Origin: Chloroflexota bacterium | GTDB taxonomy: Bacteria; Chloroflexota; Limnocylindria; Limnocylindrales; CSP1-4 | Direction of reading: 5' to 3' | DNA length: 64,000 nt | Assembly (NCBI GenBank): GCA_019637815.1 | Contig: JAHBUZ010000001.1 | Location: 271,211 to 335,210 of the forward strand | Position numbers and translations under genes: made by a program | Notes under the pieces: model-generated | The model's input: only the letters and a program-made list of their open reading frames with translations | Told to the model about the DNA's origin: nothing | Database searches by the model: none | In this document: positions 1-9,526 of the stretch, in pieces | How the letters are laid out: the number at the start of each line of letters is the position of its first letter | Position numbering within the stretch: position 1 is the first letter of the stretch

Positions 1-1287
1 GCCGTGCGCAGCGAGTGCGGGCACCCGGCCGTCCAGCACGACCAGGTCCGCGCGAGCGCCCACGTCGATGCGCCCCACGGGCGCACCCACCACCGGATCC
101 ATGCTCGCGTCCGTGCCCAGCGCCGCGTCCAGGAGCGCCCGGCCGGTGTGACGACGGATGCCGTCGGAGGCCGCGACGACGTTGCGCCGTCCCTCGCGGA
201 GTCGCTGGCCGAGCTCCAGACAGCGCAGCTCCGTCGCGACGTCCGTGGTGTGATGGCCGTCCGTGCCGATCCCCCATCGTCCGCCGAGCGCGGTGAAGGC
301 AGACAGCGGGAAGAGCCCGTCCGCGAGCGTCGCCTCGGTCATGGGGCAGAGCGCGACGGTCGAGCCTGCTGCGGCCACACCAGCCAGCTCCTCGGTCGTG
401 GCGTGGGTCGCGTGGACCAGGCACCAGTCACGGTCGAGTCCCACCTCGTCGAGCAGCAGCCGGATGGGCGACGCGCCCAGCCGTGCGCGGCACTCGTCCA
501 CCTCCTCGACGCGTTCAGCGACGTGGATGTGCACCGGGCCGCCGCCCGTCGCCCGCCACGCGTCGAGCAGCGCCCGGATCTCGGCCGTGGTCGTCGCCCG
601 CAGGCTGTGGGGTGCCACGCCCCCGGTCACCAGCGGATCATCGCGGTCACGTGCCGCCGCCGCGACGGCCACGACCTCGTCCACGTCGAGCCGGAACCGT
701 TCCTGCTCGGGTCGCAGCGGCGCGCCGATCCCGCCGTGCCGATAGAGGACCGGCAGCAGCGTCAGACCGATGCCCACCGTGCTCGCCGCGTCCACGAGCG
801 CCCACGCCATGGTGCCCGGGTCGGCGAAGACCCGCCCGTCCAGGTCGCGATGGAGGTAGTGGAACTCCCCGACCTGCGTGGAGCCGCCGCGCAGCAGCTC
901 CAGGTAGACCATCGCAGCGATATCCCGGAGCTCGTCCGGCCCGACCTTCGTCGCGAAGTCATACATCGCGCGCCGCCAGGTCCAGAGGTCATCCTGACCG
1001 CCCGGCTGGCGGCACTCCGTCCGCCCGGCGATGGCGCGGTGGAAGGCATGTGAATGCAGGTCGGGGATCCCAGGGATGACGAACCCCTCGACATGCTCGT
1101 CCGGCTGCCACCTGACCGGGGCGACGGCGTGGACCCCCGTGATCAGACCATCGTGGCCGATCTCCAGGTAGCCCGGCGAGGCCCATCCGGTGGGTCGGTG
1201 GAGGTGCTCGACCTGCAATCGCCAGGGATGCGTCAGTGGTTCGATCGAGGCGGGACGACCGGCCTCGAGCACCCCTCCCCACTCCAT
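1..1287 (-). CDS. hutF: Formimidoylglutamate deiminase (HutF-like amidohydrolase); C-terminus cut by the window edge
   Basis: My own reverse-strand translation from the ATG (complement of 1285-1287) gives MEWGGVLEAG...IPGIPDLHSHAFHRAIAGRTE...GPVHIHVAERVEEVDEC...CPMTEATLADG. These are amidohydrolase metal motifs (HSH, HIH) and a HutF-like AFHRA block. The frame stays open to position 1, so it is missing from the ORF track. It is divergent from the hutUHI operon. Confidence 0.8.
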   Translation of the reverse strand, partial: MEWGGVLEAGRPASIEPLTHPWRLQVEHLHRPTGWASPGYLEIGHDGLITGVHAVAPVRWQPDEHVEGFVIPGIPDLHSHAFHRAIAGRTECRQPGGQDDLWTWRRAMYDFATKVGPDELRDIAAMVYLELLRGGSTQVGEFHYLHRDLDGRVFADPGTMAWALVDAASTVGIGLTLLPVLYRHGGIGAPLRPEQERFRLDVDEVVAVAAAARDRDDPLVTGGVAPHSLRATTTAEIRALLDAWRATGGGPVHIHVAERVEEVDECRARLGASPIRLLLDEVGLDRDWCLVHATHATTEELAGVAAAGSTVALCPMTEATLADGLFPLSAFTALGGRWGIGTDGHHTTDVATELRCLELGQRLREGRRNVVAASDGIRRHTGRALLDAALGTDASMDPVVGAPVGRIDVGARADLVVLDGRVPALAAHG

Positions 1288-1332
1288 GCGACGCGTGCCC
1301 TCCTCCTGGTCCGATCGTCACCGGTTGGCACC

Positions 1333-1400
1333 TTGACGGTGATCCACCGTACATGTACTGTCAACCGCTCGTACGGCTGGATGTCGACTGTTGACATGTA
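1333..1400. promoter_or_regulatory. Divergent hutF / hut-operon control region: -35/-10-like hexamers plus palindromes (candidate operator)
   Basis: Locally AT-richer patch in a GC-rich genome. TTGACG (1333-1338), a 17-nt spacer, then TACTGT (1356-1361) on the plus strand. Perfect 10-bp palindrome GTACATGTAC (1349-1358) overlaps the spacer and -10. TGTCAAC (1359-1365) is inverted against GTTGACA (1390-1396). GTCGAC at 1383-1388. Confidence 0.4.
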
Positions 1401-1502
1401 GCCGGGCGATCATGACAGGGACGGCGCGAGGACATCCGATCCGTGATCCGACGCAGCATCGGATCGGTCCGTCTCGCCGAGCTGGTACCGGGAGGATTGC
1501 AC

Positions 1503-2051
1503 GTGGTCGCTCAGGCGGAGGTCCGCACGGTCGTCGAGTCGGTCGATGCCGTGGTCCATCACATCGACGCGGCCCGCGATGCGATCTGGGAGTCGCCGCC
1601 CCAGGAGGTACTGTCGCTCGGTGCGGGCAACGTGCCGCGCGGGACGGGTGCCAAGAACAACTACCTGTCGACGCTCATCTTCGCCGAGAACGAGCTGCGC
1701 ACCCTGACCGACGAGATCCTGTGGTTCGGCTGGGTGACCGCGACGCGGCAGCCCGACCTCGACCTGCGCACGCTCGTGGCGTACATGGACGAGATCGCCC
1801 AGTACAAGGCGAACATGTTCGACTACGTGGGTCTGCCGGAGGGCTGCGAGGTCCTCAAGGAGTACGTCGGGGGCATCCGCATCGCCACCACGATGGAGGA
1901 GTTCGCGCGCCTCACCGAGTCCGCGATGACCTACTTCAACCGACTCCATGGCTGGGTGGACATCGTGTTCCCGTGGGGCCTCGTCAACGGCTTCCATCGC
2001 GTGAACCCGCTCCAGAAGATCGCGGACGCACACCGCGCCGGCCAGGCCTGA
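1503..2051 (+). CDS. Hypothetical protein, first gene of the hut-associated operon (predicted helical; no motif I can name)
   Basis: ORF track gives 1443..2051. An in-frame GTG at 1503 sits 6 nt after GGAGGA (1491-1496), so I prefer 1503. GC3-rich frame, 19 nt upstream of the next gene. Sequence ...NNYLSTLIFAENELRTLTDEILWFGW...MDEIAQYKANMFDY... Confidence 0.65.
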   Translation: MVAQAEVRTVVESVDAVVHHIDAARDAIWESPPQEVLSLGAGNVPRGTGAKNNYLSTLIFAENELRTLTDEILWFGWVTATRQPDLDLRTLVAYMDEIAQYKANMFDYVGLPEGCEVLKEYVGGIRIATTMEEFARLTESAMTYFNRLHGWVDIVFPWGLVNGFHRVNPLQKIADAHRAGQA

Positions 2052-2070
2052 GCAGAGGACCGAACGAGCC

Positions 2071-2499
2071 ATGAAGATCCGGTTCAACCTCGCGGGCGAG
2101 GACGTCGCGGTCATCGAGATCTGGGAGGACAAGGTCCCCCAGCTCGCCGAGAAGATCCGCGAGGCATTGCCCTTCGCGACCTATCTCCAGCACGGCAAGC
2201 TCACCGGCGACCTGCTGCTGATGCAGACCAAGATCCTCGCGGACTGGGAGAACATCTTCTATCCGGATGACCTGGTCGCCGAGAAGCTGGCCACCCACTC
2301 GGAGGTCCGCGGCGCGGTCTCCTACTACGGCCCGCGTCAGCAGATCTCGATCATGTACGGCAACGACATCCCGCCCGAGCCACTGCCGGTCTCGGCGATC
2401 GGCTGGGTGATCGAGGGTGCCGACCAGCTGGAGCTCATCGGCCTGCGGACCTGGCTCGAGCCGGGCATGCGCGTGTGGCTGTCGCTCATCGACGAGTAG
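2071..2499 (+). CDS. Cyclophilin-like-fold protein (DUF3830-like, from memory); function unknown
   Basis: 142 aa: MKIRFNLAGEDVAVIEIWEDKVPQLAEKIREALPF..HGKLTGD...GAVSYYGPRQQISIMYGND...GWVIEG. The overall pattern matches small cyclophilin-like families as I recall them. No HMM search was run. Confidence 0.7.
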   Translation: MKIRFNLAGEDVAVIEIWEDKVPQLAEKIREALPFATYLQHGKLTGDLLLMQTKILADWENIFYPDDLVAEKLATHSEVRGAVSYYGPRQQISIMYGNDIPPEPLPVSAIGWVIEGADQLELIGLRTWLEPGMRVWLSLIDE

Positions 2500-2534
2500 C
2501 AGGAGGTGTCGCCTAGGGGGGAGCACACGACCCG

Positions 2535-4169
2535 GTGTCGGGGGGCCGACGAATGACGGTGATGACCGCGGTCGCGCGAGCGGCACGCTTCGGAGGAAGT
2601 TCCATGCACGCACCAACCAGGACCCACCCGGGTCGGTCGGGCCGCCGATCGTCCGGGGTCCTCGTCGCGGCGGTGTTGGCCGCGACGGCAGCCATCCTGC
2701 CGGGCGCCCAGGTCGCCGCCCAGGACGCCACACCGACCGGCACGCTCCGCGTCGGCATCGCGGCGCTGAGCACGGCCGACACCCTCGATCCGGCGATGGC
2801 CACCACGGCCGGTGGCTACGCCATCGCGCGCCAGCTCTACGACACGCTCGTGGAGTACGGCACCGACGGCGCCGTGAGGCCCCGCCTCGCCGAGTCCATG
2901 ACACCCGGTGAGACCGCTGACATCTGGACCGTCACGCTGCGTGAGGCGACCTGGTCGGACGGCCGACCCGTGACCTCGGACGACGTGATCGCCACCTTCC
3001 AGCGGTGGTTCGACGCGGATGCGCCGCTGCCGCCCGCCAACTCGCTGCCGTTCGTGGACCCCGAGGCCATCACCAGGGTGGACGATCGCACGGTCGAGTT
3101 CCGTCTCAAGTACCCCACCGTCGTGTTCCCCGACGCACTGACATCGCCCCTGGCGGCGATCGTGCCCGCGGACTTCGACCCTGCGGCGCCGGTCGGCTCC
3201 GGTCCCTTCGTGCTCGCACAGCACGACCCGGGTGTCCGCGTCAGCTTCACGGCCAATCCCGGCTACTGGGAGGAGGGCAAGCCCGGCGTCGCCGAGCTGG
3301 AGCTCATCTCGTTCCCGGACAGCACCGCCATGATCAATGCGCTCATCGGCGACCAGGTCGATGTCGCGTCGTCGATGGATCCGAGCCTCCTGCCGCTCGT
3401 CGAGGCGGGCGGGGACGGCTACACCGTCTTCAGCTACCCGACCAGTGGCACCCTCACGTGGCAGATGAACGTGCTTCAGGAGCCGTTCGATGACCCGCTC
3501 GTGCGTGAGGCCTTCCGGCTGGCCGTGGACCGCCAGCAGCTCATCGACCAGGTCTACGTCGGCCACGCGCTCATCGGCAACGACATCTTCTCGCCGTTCG
3601 ATCCGCTCTACAGCAGCGACCTGCCGCAGCGCACCCAGGACGTCGCGCGGGCCCGTGAGCTCCTCGCCGAGGCCGGGTTCCCGGACGGTGTCGATGTCGA
3701 GCTGACGGCAGCGCCCATCCAGCCCACCGCCGTTCGTCAGAACCAGGTGATGGTCGAGCAGGTCGCCGACGCCGGCTTCCGGGTGAACTTCAACCAGGTG
3801 GATGCCGCGACCTACTACGGCGAGGGCTACGGGACCTATCCGCTGTCCCTCTCCTTCTGGGGCCAGCTGGGCATCTTCGACCAGGCGGCCTTCACGATCG
3901 TCAACAACGCCCCGTACAACGCCACCAAGTGGCAGGATGACGAGTACAACGCGCTCTACGAACAAGCGGTCCGCACCGTCGATGACGCGACGCGAGCGGG
4001 GCTCGTCCGCCAGATGCAGCAGATCGAGTACGACCGCGGGCCCTACCTGGTGCCCCTGTTCCTCAATAACCTGAGTGCCTATGACACGAAGGTGACGGGC
4101 TACCAGCCATACCCCAACAACAGCGGTCCGAGTGGCTACAACTTCAAGGACATGCGCATCAGCGAGTAG
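2535..4169 (+). CDS. ABC transporter substrate-binding protein, family 5 (peptide/nickel/opine type)
   Basis: 544 aa. Arg-rich N-terminus followed by hydrophobic VLVAAVLAATAAILPGA (Tat/Sec-like signal). LRVGI...DTLDP...YDTLVEY...W(S)DG.PVTSDDV is typical of SBP_bac_5. The start could instead be an internal ATG (2553 or 2604). Confidence 0.9.
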   Translation: MSGGRRMTVMTAVARAARFGGSSMHAPTRTHPGRSGRRSSGVLVAAVLAATAAILPGAQVAAQDATPTGTLRVGIAALSTADTLDPAMATTAGGYAIARQLYDTLVEYGTDGAVRPRLAESMTPGETADIWTVTLREATWSDGRPVTSDDVIATFQRWFDADAPLPPANSLPFVDPEAITRVDDRTVEFRLKYPTVVFPDALTSPLAAIVPADFDPAAPVGSGPFVLAQHDPGVRVSFTANPGYWEEGKPGVAELELISFPDSTAMINALIGDQVDVASSMDPSLLPLVEAGGDGYTVFSYPTSGTLTWQMNVLQEPFDDPLVREAFRLAVDRQQLIDQVYVGHALIGNDIFSPFDPLYSSDLPQRTQDVARARELLAEAGFPDGVDVELTAAPIQPTAVRQNQVMVEQVADAGFRVNFNQVDAATYYGEGYGTYPLSLSFWGQLGIFDQAAFTIVNNAPYNATKWQDDEYNALYEQAVRTVDDATRAGLVRQMQQIEYDRGPYLVPLFLNNLSAYDTKVTGYQPYPNNSGPSGYNFKDMRISE

Positions 4170-4177
4170 CACGACCT

Positions 4178-4213
4178 CGGCCCGGTCCCGGTCAGCCGAC
4201 CGGGGTCGGGCCG
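4178..4213 (+). terminator. Intercistronic GC-rich stem-loop after the SBP gene (partial terminator or mRNA-stabilising hairpin)
   Basis: A 14-bp stem (4178-4191 pairs with 4200-4213, including 2 G-U pairs) with the 8-nt loop tcagccga. It lies 9 nt after the SBP stop codon, inside the 92-nt gap before the permease gene. No U-tract follows. Confidence 0.4.
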
Positions 4214-4261
4214 GTGTCCCATCCCGCTCACCCGAGCCCGACTCGCCATGACCCCTGACCC

Positions 4262-5344
4262 GTGCCCACGCGTGCCGGACCGTCAGGGCCTTCGCGCGTC
4301 GTGAGCAGCTCGCTGCCCGGGGCGCTCCCCCCGCCACAGGTCCCGCTCGAGCCCACGGCGCCCACCAGCGCGCCATCCGTCCGGGCGCCGCTGCTGCGCT
4401 ACGTCGGACGGCGTGTGGTGTATGGCCTGGTGATGCTCGCGATCGTGTCGGTCGCCGTGTTCGTGTTCACCCAGGCACTGCCCGGCGACGTCGCACGTCA
4501 GGTGCTCGGCCAGACCGCGACCGACCAGCAGATCGAAGCGCTCCGCGCTCGCCTCGGTCTCGACCAACCGTTGCTCACGCAGTATCTCGACTGGGTCCGA
4601 GGGCTCGTCACCCTGGATCTGGGCACCTCGCTCACCTCGGGTCGGGATGTCGTGGAGGTCCTCACGCCCCGCGTCACCGCGTCCGTCCTGCTCGTGGGCC
4701 TGACCGTCCTGGTGCTGGTGCCGCTCGCCTTCCTGCTGGGTGCGGCTGCCGCGATCCGGCCCCATGGCATCGTCGATCGGGTGGTATCCACGATGGTGCT
4801 GGCCATCATCGCGCTGCCCGGCTTCATCATCGCCATCCTGCTGGTCGTGGTCTTCGCCACGAACGTGGTCCGATGGTTCCCGCCGACCTCCATCATCGAC
4901 ACCCGGCTGCCGCTCTGGCAGCAGCTCCACCTGTTCACGCTGCCGGTGCTCGCGCTCGTGCTCGGATCGCTGCCCTACATGACCGAATCCATCCGGACGA
5001 CCCTGCGGGAGGAGCTCGCCTCCGAGCACGTCGCGTGGGCTCGGCTCTCCGGGGTACCCGGCTCCCGGGTGCTGCTGCGGTACGCGGTCCCGAACGCCAT
5101 CGCGCCGACGCTCCAGGTCGCCGGCACGACCCTCATCTACCTCGTGGGCGGCATCGTGGCCGTCGAGACGGTCTTCGCCTTCCCGGGCGTCGGTGCGTCC
5201 CTTGCGGCGGGTGTGGCCAATCGGGACATCCCGGTGGTCCAGGCCATCACGATGCTGCTCGCGCTCGTGGCGCTCGTCATCTATCTCGGCGCGGACATCC
5301 TGGGCATCCTGCTCACGCCGAGACTCCGGACATCGCTCCGATGA
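4262..5344 (+). CDS. ABC transporter permease (DppB/OppB-like)
   Basis: The conserved N-terminus LLRYVGRRVVYGLVMLAIVSVAVFV and multiple TM segments are typical of BPD_transp_1 permeases. The real start is probably downstream of 4262 (GTG at 4301, or a non-canonical codon near 4390). Confidence 0.85.
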   Translation: MPTRAGPSGPSRVVSSSLPGALPPPQVPLEPTAPTSAPSVRAPLLRYVGRRVVYGLVMLAIVSVAVFVFTQALPGDVARQVLGQTATDQQIEALRARLGLDQPLLTQYLDWVRGLVTLDLGTSLTSGRDVVEVLTPRVTASVLLVGLTVLVLVPLAFLLGAAAAIRPHGIVDRVVSTMVLAIIALPGFIIAILLVVVFATNVVRWFPPTSIIDTRLPLWQQLHLFTLPVLALVLGSLPYMTESIRTTLREELASEHVAWARLSGVPGSRVLLRYAVPNAIAPTLQVAGTTLIYLVGGIVAVETVFAFPGVGASLAAGVANRDIPVVQAITMLLALVALVIYLGADILGILLTPRLRTSLR

Positions 5345-6246
5345 GCGAGCGACCGATGGATCTCGTGCTGCCGGTCGCGACCGGGCCGACCGAGCCAAGC
5401 GTGCCGACCGAGCCCTCGACGCCCCGACGGTATCGGTCCGCGCGCGCCAGGGTCGTCGCCGATCGTCGTGCGTGGGTCGGCGCCGCGTGTGTCGTCGTCG
5501 TGATGGTCATCGCGTTCGGCGGGCCACTCGTGACCACGTTCGATCCGGGTGGCTTCGTGGGCCCACCGTTCCAGCGAGCGTCCCCGGAGTTCGTGCTCGG
5601 CCTGGATGCCCTCGGCCGCGACGTCTTCTCGCAGGTGCTCGCCGGCGGCGCGCTGTTCCTGACCGAGGTCGTCCTCGCGACCATCCTGGGCGTGGGCCTG
5701 GGCACCCTGCTCGGCATCGCGCTCGCTGCGGCACCGCGTCGGGTATCCGAGGCGATGCTGACCGTCAACGACACGATCCTCGTGATGCCCCAGATCGTGG
5801 TGGCCCTGCTGGTGCTCACCCGCCTGGGTGCCACGCCGGTGACCCTCACCCTCGTCATCGGCTTCGTGCACATCCCCCAGACCGCACGCGTGGTCATGGC
5901 CGCGACCCAGCGCGTGATCGCCCAGGACTACGTGGCCGCCGCGCTCGGGCTGGGCGTCGGTCGCATCGGTCTCGTGGTCCACGAGATCCTGCCCAACATC
6001 GCGGGCGTCGTGTCGCTCGAGGCGAGCATCCGGCTCGCCATCTCTGCGGTCGTCCTGGCGTCCCTGTCGTACCTCGGGTTCGCCGCATCCGGCGTGGAGT
6101 GGGGTCGGATGATCCACGACAACCAGGGTGGCCTCGCGATCCAGCCCTGGGCGGTCATGGCGCCCGTCATCGTCCTGGGCGTGTTCCTCATCGGTGCGAA
6201 CCTCCTGCGGGACGCCATCGCGCGCGCACTCGCGAGTCACACATGA
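5341..6246 (+). CDS. ABC transporter permease (DppC/OppC-like)
   Basis: ATG at 5341 overlaps the upstream stop (ATGA). MSERPMDL... then TM-rich sequence; the LGLDALGRDVFSQVL motif is typical of DppC. It is in frame within track ORF 4873..6246. Confidence 0.85.
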   Translation: MSERPMDLVLPVATGPTEPSVPTEPSTPRRYRSARARVVADRRAWVGAACVVVVMVIAFGGPLVTTFDPGGFVGPPFQRASPEFVLGLDALGRDVFSQVLAGGALFLTEVVLATILGVGLGTLLGIALAAAPRRVSEAMLTVNDTILVMPQIVVALLVLTRLGATPVTLTLVIGFVHIPQTARVVMAATQRVIAQDYVAAALGLGVGRIGLVVHEILPNIAGVVSLEASIRLAISAVVLASLSYLGFAASGVEWGRMIHDNQGGLAIQPWAVMAPVIVLGVFLIGANLLRDAIARALASHT

Positions 6247-7853
6247 GCGATCCGACCATGGCCCTGCCGTCGACCAGGTCACGGCCCACCGAGGTCCGGG
6301 GCCTGCGCATCACCACGACCACCGGTGGCACGATCATCCCGGCGCTCGACCTGCGGGTCGACCGGGGCAGCATCGTGGGTGTCGCCGGCGAGACCGGCTC
6401 GGGCAAGACCACGCTCGGCCTCGCGCTCCTCGGCTGGCAGCGCCCGGGTCTCGTGCGTGCCTCGGGCGTCGTGCTGCTCGATGACGATGACCTGGGGACG
6501 CTCTCGGGCGAGGGACTCCGGCGCATCCGGGGCCGGCGTATCGCGTACGTGCCGCAGGATCCGGGGACGGCGCTCGACCCGGCGATGCGCATCCGCGACG
6601 CCCTGGGCGAGGTGCTCCGCGCACACGAGGTCACCGACCACGCCGCCCAGCTGGCGCGCATCGGGGAGCTGTTCGGCCAGGTCGGGCTGCCGCACGACGC
6701 CGCGTTCCTGGCCCGCTTCCCTCATCAGCTGTCGGGTGGGCAGCAGCAGCGGGTCGCCATCGCGACCGCGTTCCTGCTCGATCCCGAGGTGGTGGTCATG
6801 GACGAGCCGACCACCGGTCTCGATGCGGCGACGAAGGCGGGCGTCCTGGCGCTCATCCACGACCTCGCGCGTCGTCGCCAGGCGAGCGTGCTGCTCATCA
6901 GCCATGACCTGCGGATGCTGCTCGCGGCCACGGACCGCATCCTCATCATGCGCGACGGCGTCATCGTCGAGGACGCACCGAGCACGGATCTGCCGCGGCC
7001 CGGGATGCATCCCTACACCGAGCAGCTGCTCGCGGCGCTGCCCGACCCCACCGCGCACCGGGTGGCCGATCACGGCAGCACGACGGGGGACGGTCTGGCG
7101 CTCCGTGGGATCACGGCGCGCCATGCGGGTGTCGTCATCACCGACGCCATCGACCTGGTGGTCGCGCAGGGCGAGTGCGTGGCCCTGGTGGGCGAGTCGG
7201 GCAGTGGCAAGACCACGCTCGCTCGATGCATCGCCGGGTTCCACACCGAGTACTCGGGCAGCGTCGAGTGGGATGGGCGCGTGCTGCCACATGGCGTGCG
7301 TGAGCGTGCCCTCGGCGACCTCCGGACCATCCAGTACGTGTTCCAGAACCCGTATGCGTCGCTCAACCCGCGTCGGACGGTGGGGGACACGCTTGCCATG
7401 GCCGCGCGCACCATCCGGGGCGTGGACCGCGCGACCGCGACCGCGGATGCCGGGCGTGCCCTCGATCGCGTGGGCATGGATCGGTCGTTCCTCGCCGCGC
7501 CGCCCCAGGCGCTCTCGGGCGGCCAGCGACAGCGCATCGCGCTCGCCCGAGCCCTCATCGCCCAGCCGCGACTGCTGGTCTGTGACGAGGTGACCTCATC
7601 GCTCGATGTGTCCGTGCAGGCAGGCATCATCGAGCTGCTCATGGACCTGCGCCGCAGCGAGGGGCTCGCGATGCTGTTCATCACCCACGACCTGGCGCTC
7701 GTCAGCTCGATCGCCGCTCGGACGGTCGTGCTCCAGCGCGGTCGGATCGTGGAGCAGGGCCCCACGGCCCAGGTGCTCGATCATCCGGACCATCCGTACA
7801 CCCGGATGCTCCTGAGCCATCACGACGCGACCCAGTCGCGGCAGCCCCGATGA
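6243..7853 (+). CDS. ABC transporter ATP-binding protein with two fused ATPase domains (DppD/DppF-like)
   Basis: ATG at 6243 overlaps the upstream stop (ATGA). Two Walker A motifs ([18 protein letters not shown]), two LSGGQ signatures and two Walker B motifs ([16 protein letters not shown]). Confidence 0.9.
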   Translation: MSDPTMALPSTRSRPTEVRGLRITTTTGGTIIPALDLRVDRGSIVGVAGETGSGKTTLGLALLGWQRPGLVRASGVVLLDDDDLGTLSGEGLRRIRGRRIAYVPQDPGTALDPAMRIRDALGEVLRAHEVTDHAAQLARIGELFGQVGLPHDAAFLARFPHQLSGGQQQRVAIATAFLLDPEVVVMDEPTTGLDAATKAGVLALIHDLARRRQASVLLISHDLRMLLAATDRILIMRDGVIVEDAPSTDLPRPGMHPYTEQLLAALPDPTAHRVADHGSTTGDGLALRGITARHAGVVITDAIDLVVAQGECVALVGESGSGKTTLARCIAGFHTEYSGSVEWDGRVLPHGVRERALGDLRTIQYVFQNPYASLNPRRTVGDTLAMAARTIRGVDRATATADAGRALDRVGMDRSFLAAPPQALSGGQRQRIALARALIAQPRLLVCDEVTSSLDVSVQAGIIELLMDLRRSEGLAMLFITHDLALVSSIAARTVVLQRGRIVEQGPTAQVLDHPDHPYTRMLLSHHDATQSRQPR

Positions 7854-9526
7854 GCGTGGGCACGGGCACCACGGCCCGCATCATCCGCGCCCCGCGTGGC
7901 GCCGAGCTGACGTGTCGCGGCTGGTCCCAGGAGGCGGCCCTGCGGATGCTCATGAACAACCTCGACCCCGACGTCGCGGAGCGGCCAGCGGACCTCGTGG
8001 TCTATGGCGGGACAGGTCGCGCGGCGCGCTCGTGGGAGGCCTTCGACGCCATCGTCCGGGAGCTGCGCACGCTCGCCGATGACGAGACGCTCCTCGTGGC
8101 ATCGGGCAAGCCCGTGGGCGTGTTCCGGACCCACCCCTGGGCACCACGCGTGCTCATCGCGAACAGCAACCTGGTGGGGCGCTGGGCCAACTGGGAGACG
8201 TTCCGGGAGCTGGAGCGAGCCGGGCTCACGATGTACGGCCAGATGACGGCGGGCTCGTGGATCTACATCGGCACCCAGGGCATCCTCCAGGGCACCTACG
8301 AGACGTTCGCGGAGCTCGCTCGGCAGCACTTCGGGGGGACGCTCCGGGGCCGCGTCGTGCTGACCGCCGGTCTGGGTGGCATGGGTGGCGCCCAGCCGCT
8401 CGCGGTGACCATGAACGAGGGCGTGTGCCTCGCCATCGAGGTGGATGCGGAGCGTGCCCGTCGACGCCTGGACATCGGCTATGTCGACCGGATGACCGAC
8501 TCGCTCGACGAGGCGCTGCGCATCGCTCGCGAGGCTGCGGCGGCCGGCCAGGCGCTGTCGATCGCGCTCGTGGGCAACGCCGCGGCGCTGGAGCCCGAGC
8601 TCGTGCGACGCGGTGAACGCTTCGATGCGGTCACCGACCAGACCTCGGCCCATGATTCGCTCGGTGGGTACATCCCGGCGGGGCTGACGCTGGAGGCCGC
8701 CGCCGATCTGCGGACCTCCGATCCAGATGGCTATGTGGCACGTGCGATGGCCTCCATGGCCGACCAGGTGCGGGCGATGCTGGCGCTCCAGGCATCGGGC
8801 GCCGTGACCTTCGACTATGGCAACAACATCCGGGCACAGGCACAGGCCGAGGGTGTCACCGACGCCTTCGCGTTCCCGGGGTTCGTGCCCGCGTTCATCC
8901 GACCGCTCTTCTGCGAGGGCAAGGGCCCCTTCCGCTGGGTCGCCCTGTCCGGTGACCCACGGGATATCGCACGGACCGACGAGGCGATTCTCGACCTGTT
9001 CCCGGACGATCCGGCGCTGCGACGCTGGATCACCATGGCCCAGGAGCGGGTGCCGGTCCAGGGGTTGCCGGCACGCATCTGCTGGCTGGGCTATGGCGAG
9101 CGGGCACGGGCAGGCGCCGCCTTCAACGAGCTCGTCCGGACAGGGGCGGTCCAGGCACCCATCGTCATCGGCCGGGACCATCTCGATGCCGGCTCGGTCG
9201 CGTCGCCCAACCGGGAGACGGAGGCGATGGCCGATGGCTCCGATGCGATCGCGGACTGGCCGCTGCTCAACGCGCTCGTCAACACCGCGGCCGGCGCCAG
9301 CTGGGTGAGCATCCATCACGGCGGTGGCACGGGCATCGGCTTCAGCCAGCACGCGGGCATGGTCGTGGTCGCGGACGGCACCGAGCTCGCCGCGCAACGC
9401 CTGGAACGGGTACTCACCACCGACCCGGGCATGGGTGTCATCCGGCACGTGGATGCCGGCTACGAACGCGCCATCGAGGTCGCACGGGCGCGCGGCGTCC
9501 ACGTCCCGATGCTGTCGCAGCCATGA
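7850..9526 (+). CDS. hutU: Urocanate hydratase
   Basis: 558 aa. ...[41 protein letters not shown]..., full-length urocanase pattern. The start overlaps the ATPase stop (ATGA). Confidence 0.95.
   Translation: MSVGTGTTARIIRAPRGAELTCRGWSQEAALRMLMNNLDPDVAERPADLVVYGGTGRAARSWEAFDAIVRELRTLADDETLLVASGKPVGVFRTHPWAPRVLIANSNLVGRWANWETFRELERAGLTMYGQMTAGSWIYIGTQGILQGTYETFAELARQHFGGTLRGRVVLTAGLGGMGGAQPLAVTMNEGVCLAIEVDAERARRRLDIGYVDRMTDSLDEALRIAREAAAAGQALSIALVGNAAALEPELVRRGERFDAVTDQTSAHDSLGGYIPAGLTLEAAADLRTSDPDGYVARAMASMADQVRAMLALQASGAVTFDYGNNIRAQAQAEGVTDAFAFPGFVPAFIRPLFCEGKGPFRWVALSGDPRDIARTDEAILDLFPDDPALRRWITMAQERVPVQGLPARICWLGYGERARAGAAFNELVRTGAVQAPIVIGRDHLDAGSVASPNRETEAMADGSDAIADWPLLNALVNTAAGASWVSIHHGGGTGIGFSQHAGMVVVADGTELAAQRLERVLTTDPGMGVIRHVDAGYERAIEVARARGVHVPMLSQP

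Noticed and set aside
4-1053. 349-aa plus-strand ORF at the left edge.
   Set aside because: The opposite strand encodes a clean HutF-like amidohydrolase that runs off the window, so it is missing from the ORF track. The plus-strand product is Arg/Pro-rich nonsense.
2337-4376. 679-aa minus-strand ORF. The same applies to 20379-22286, 23938-25980, 50355-52544, 55915-58155 and 9460-10995.
   Set aside because: Each lies antisense to genes with unmistakable family signatures (SBP, MoeZ/SufU, RecQ, PhnCE, thiolase/crotonase, HutH). All share low-complexity Arg/Gly/Asp/His composition, and none shows a recognisable domain.
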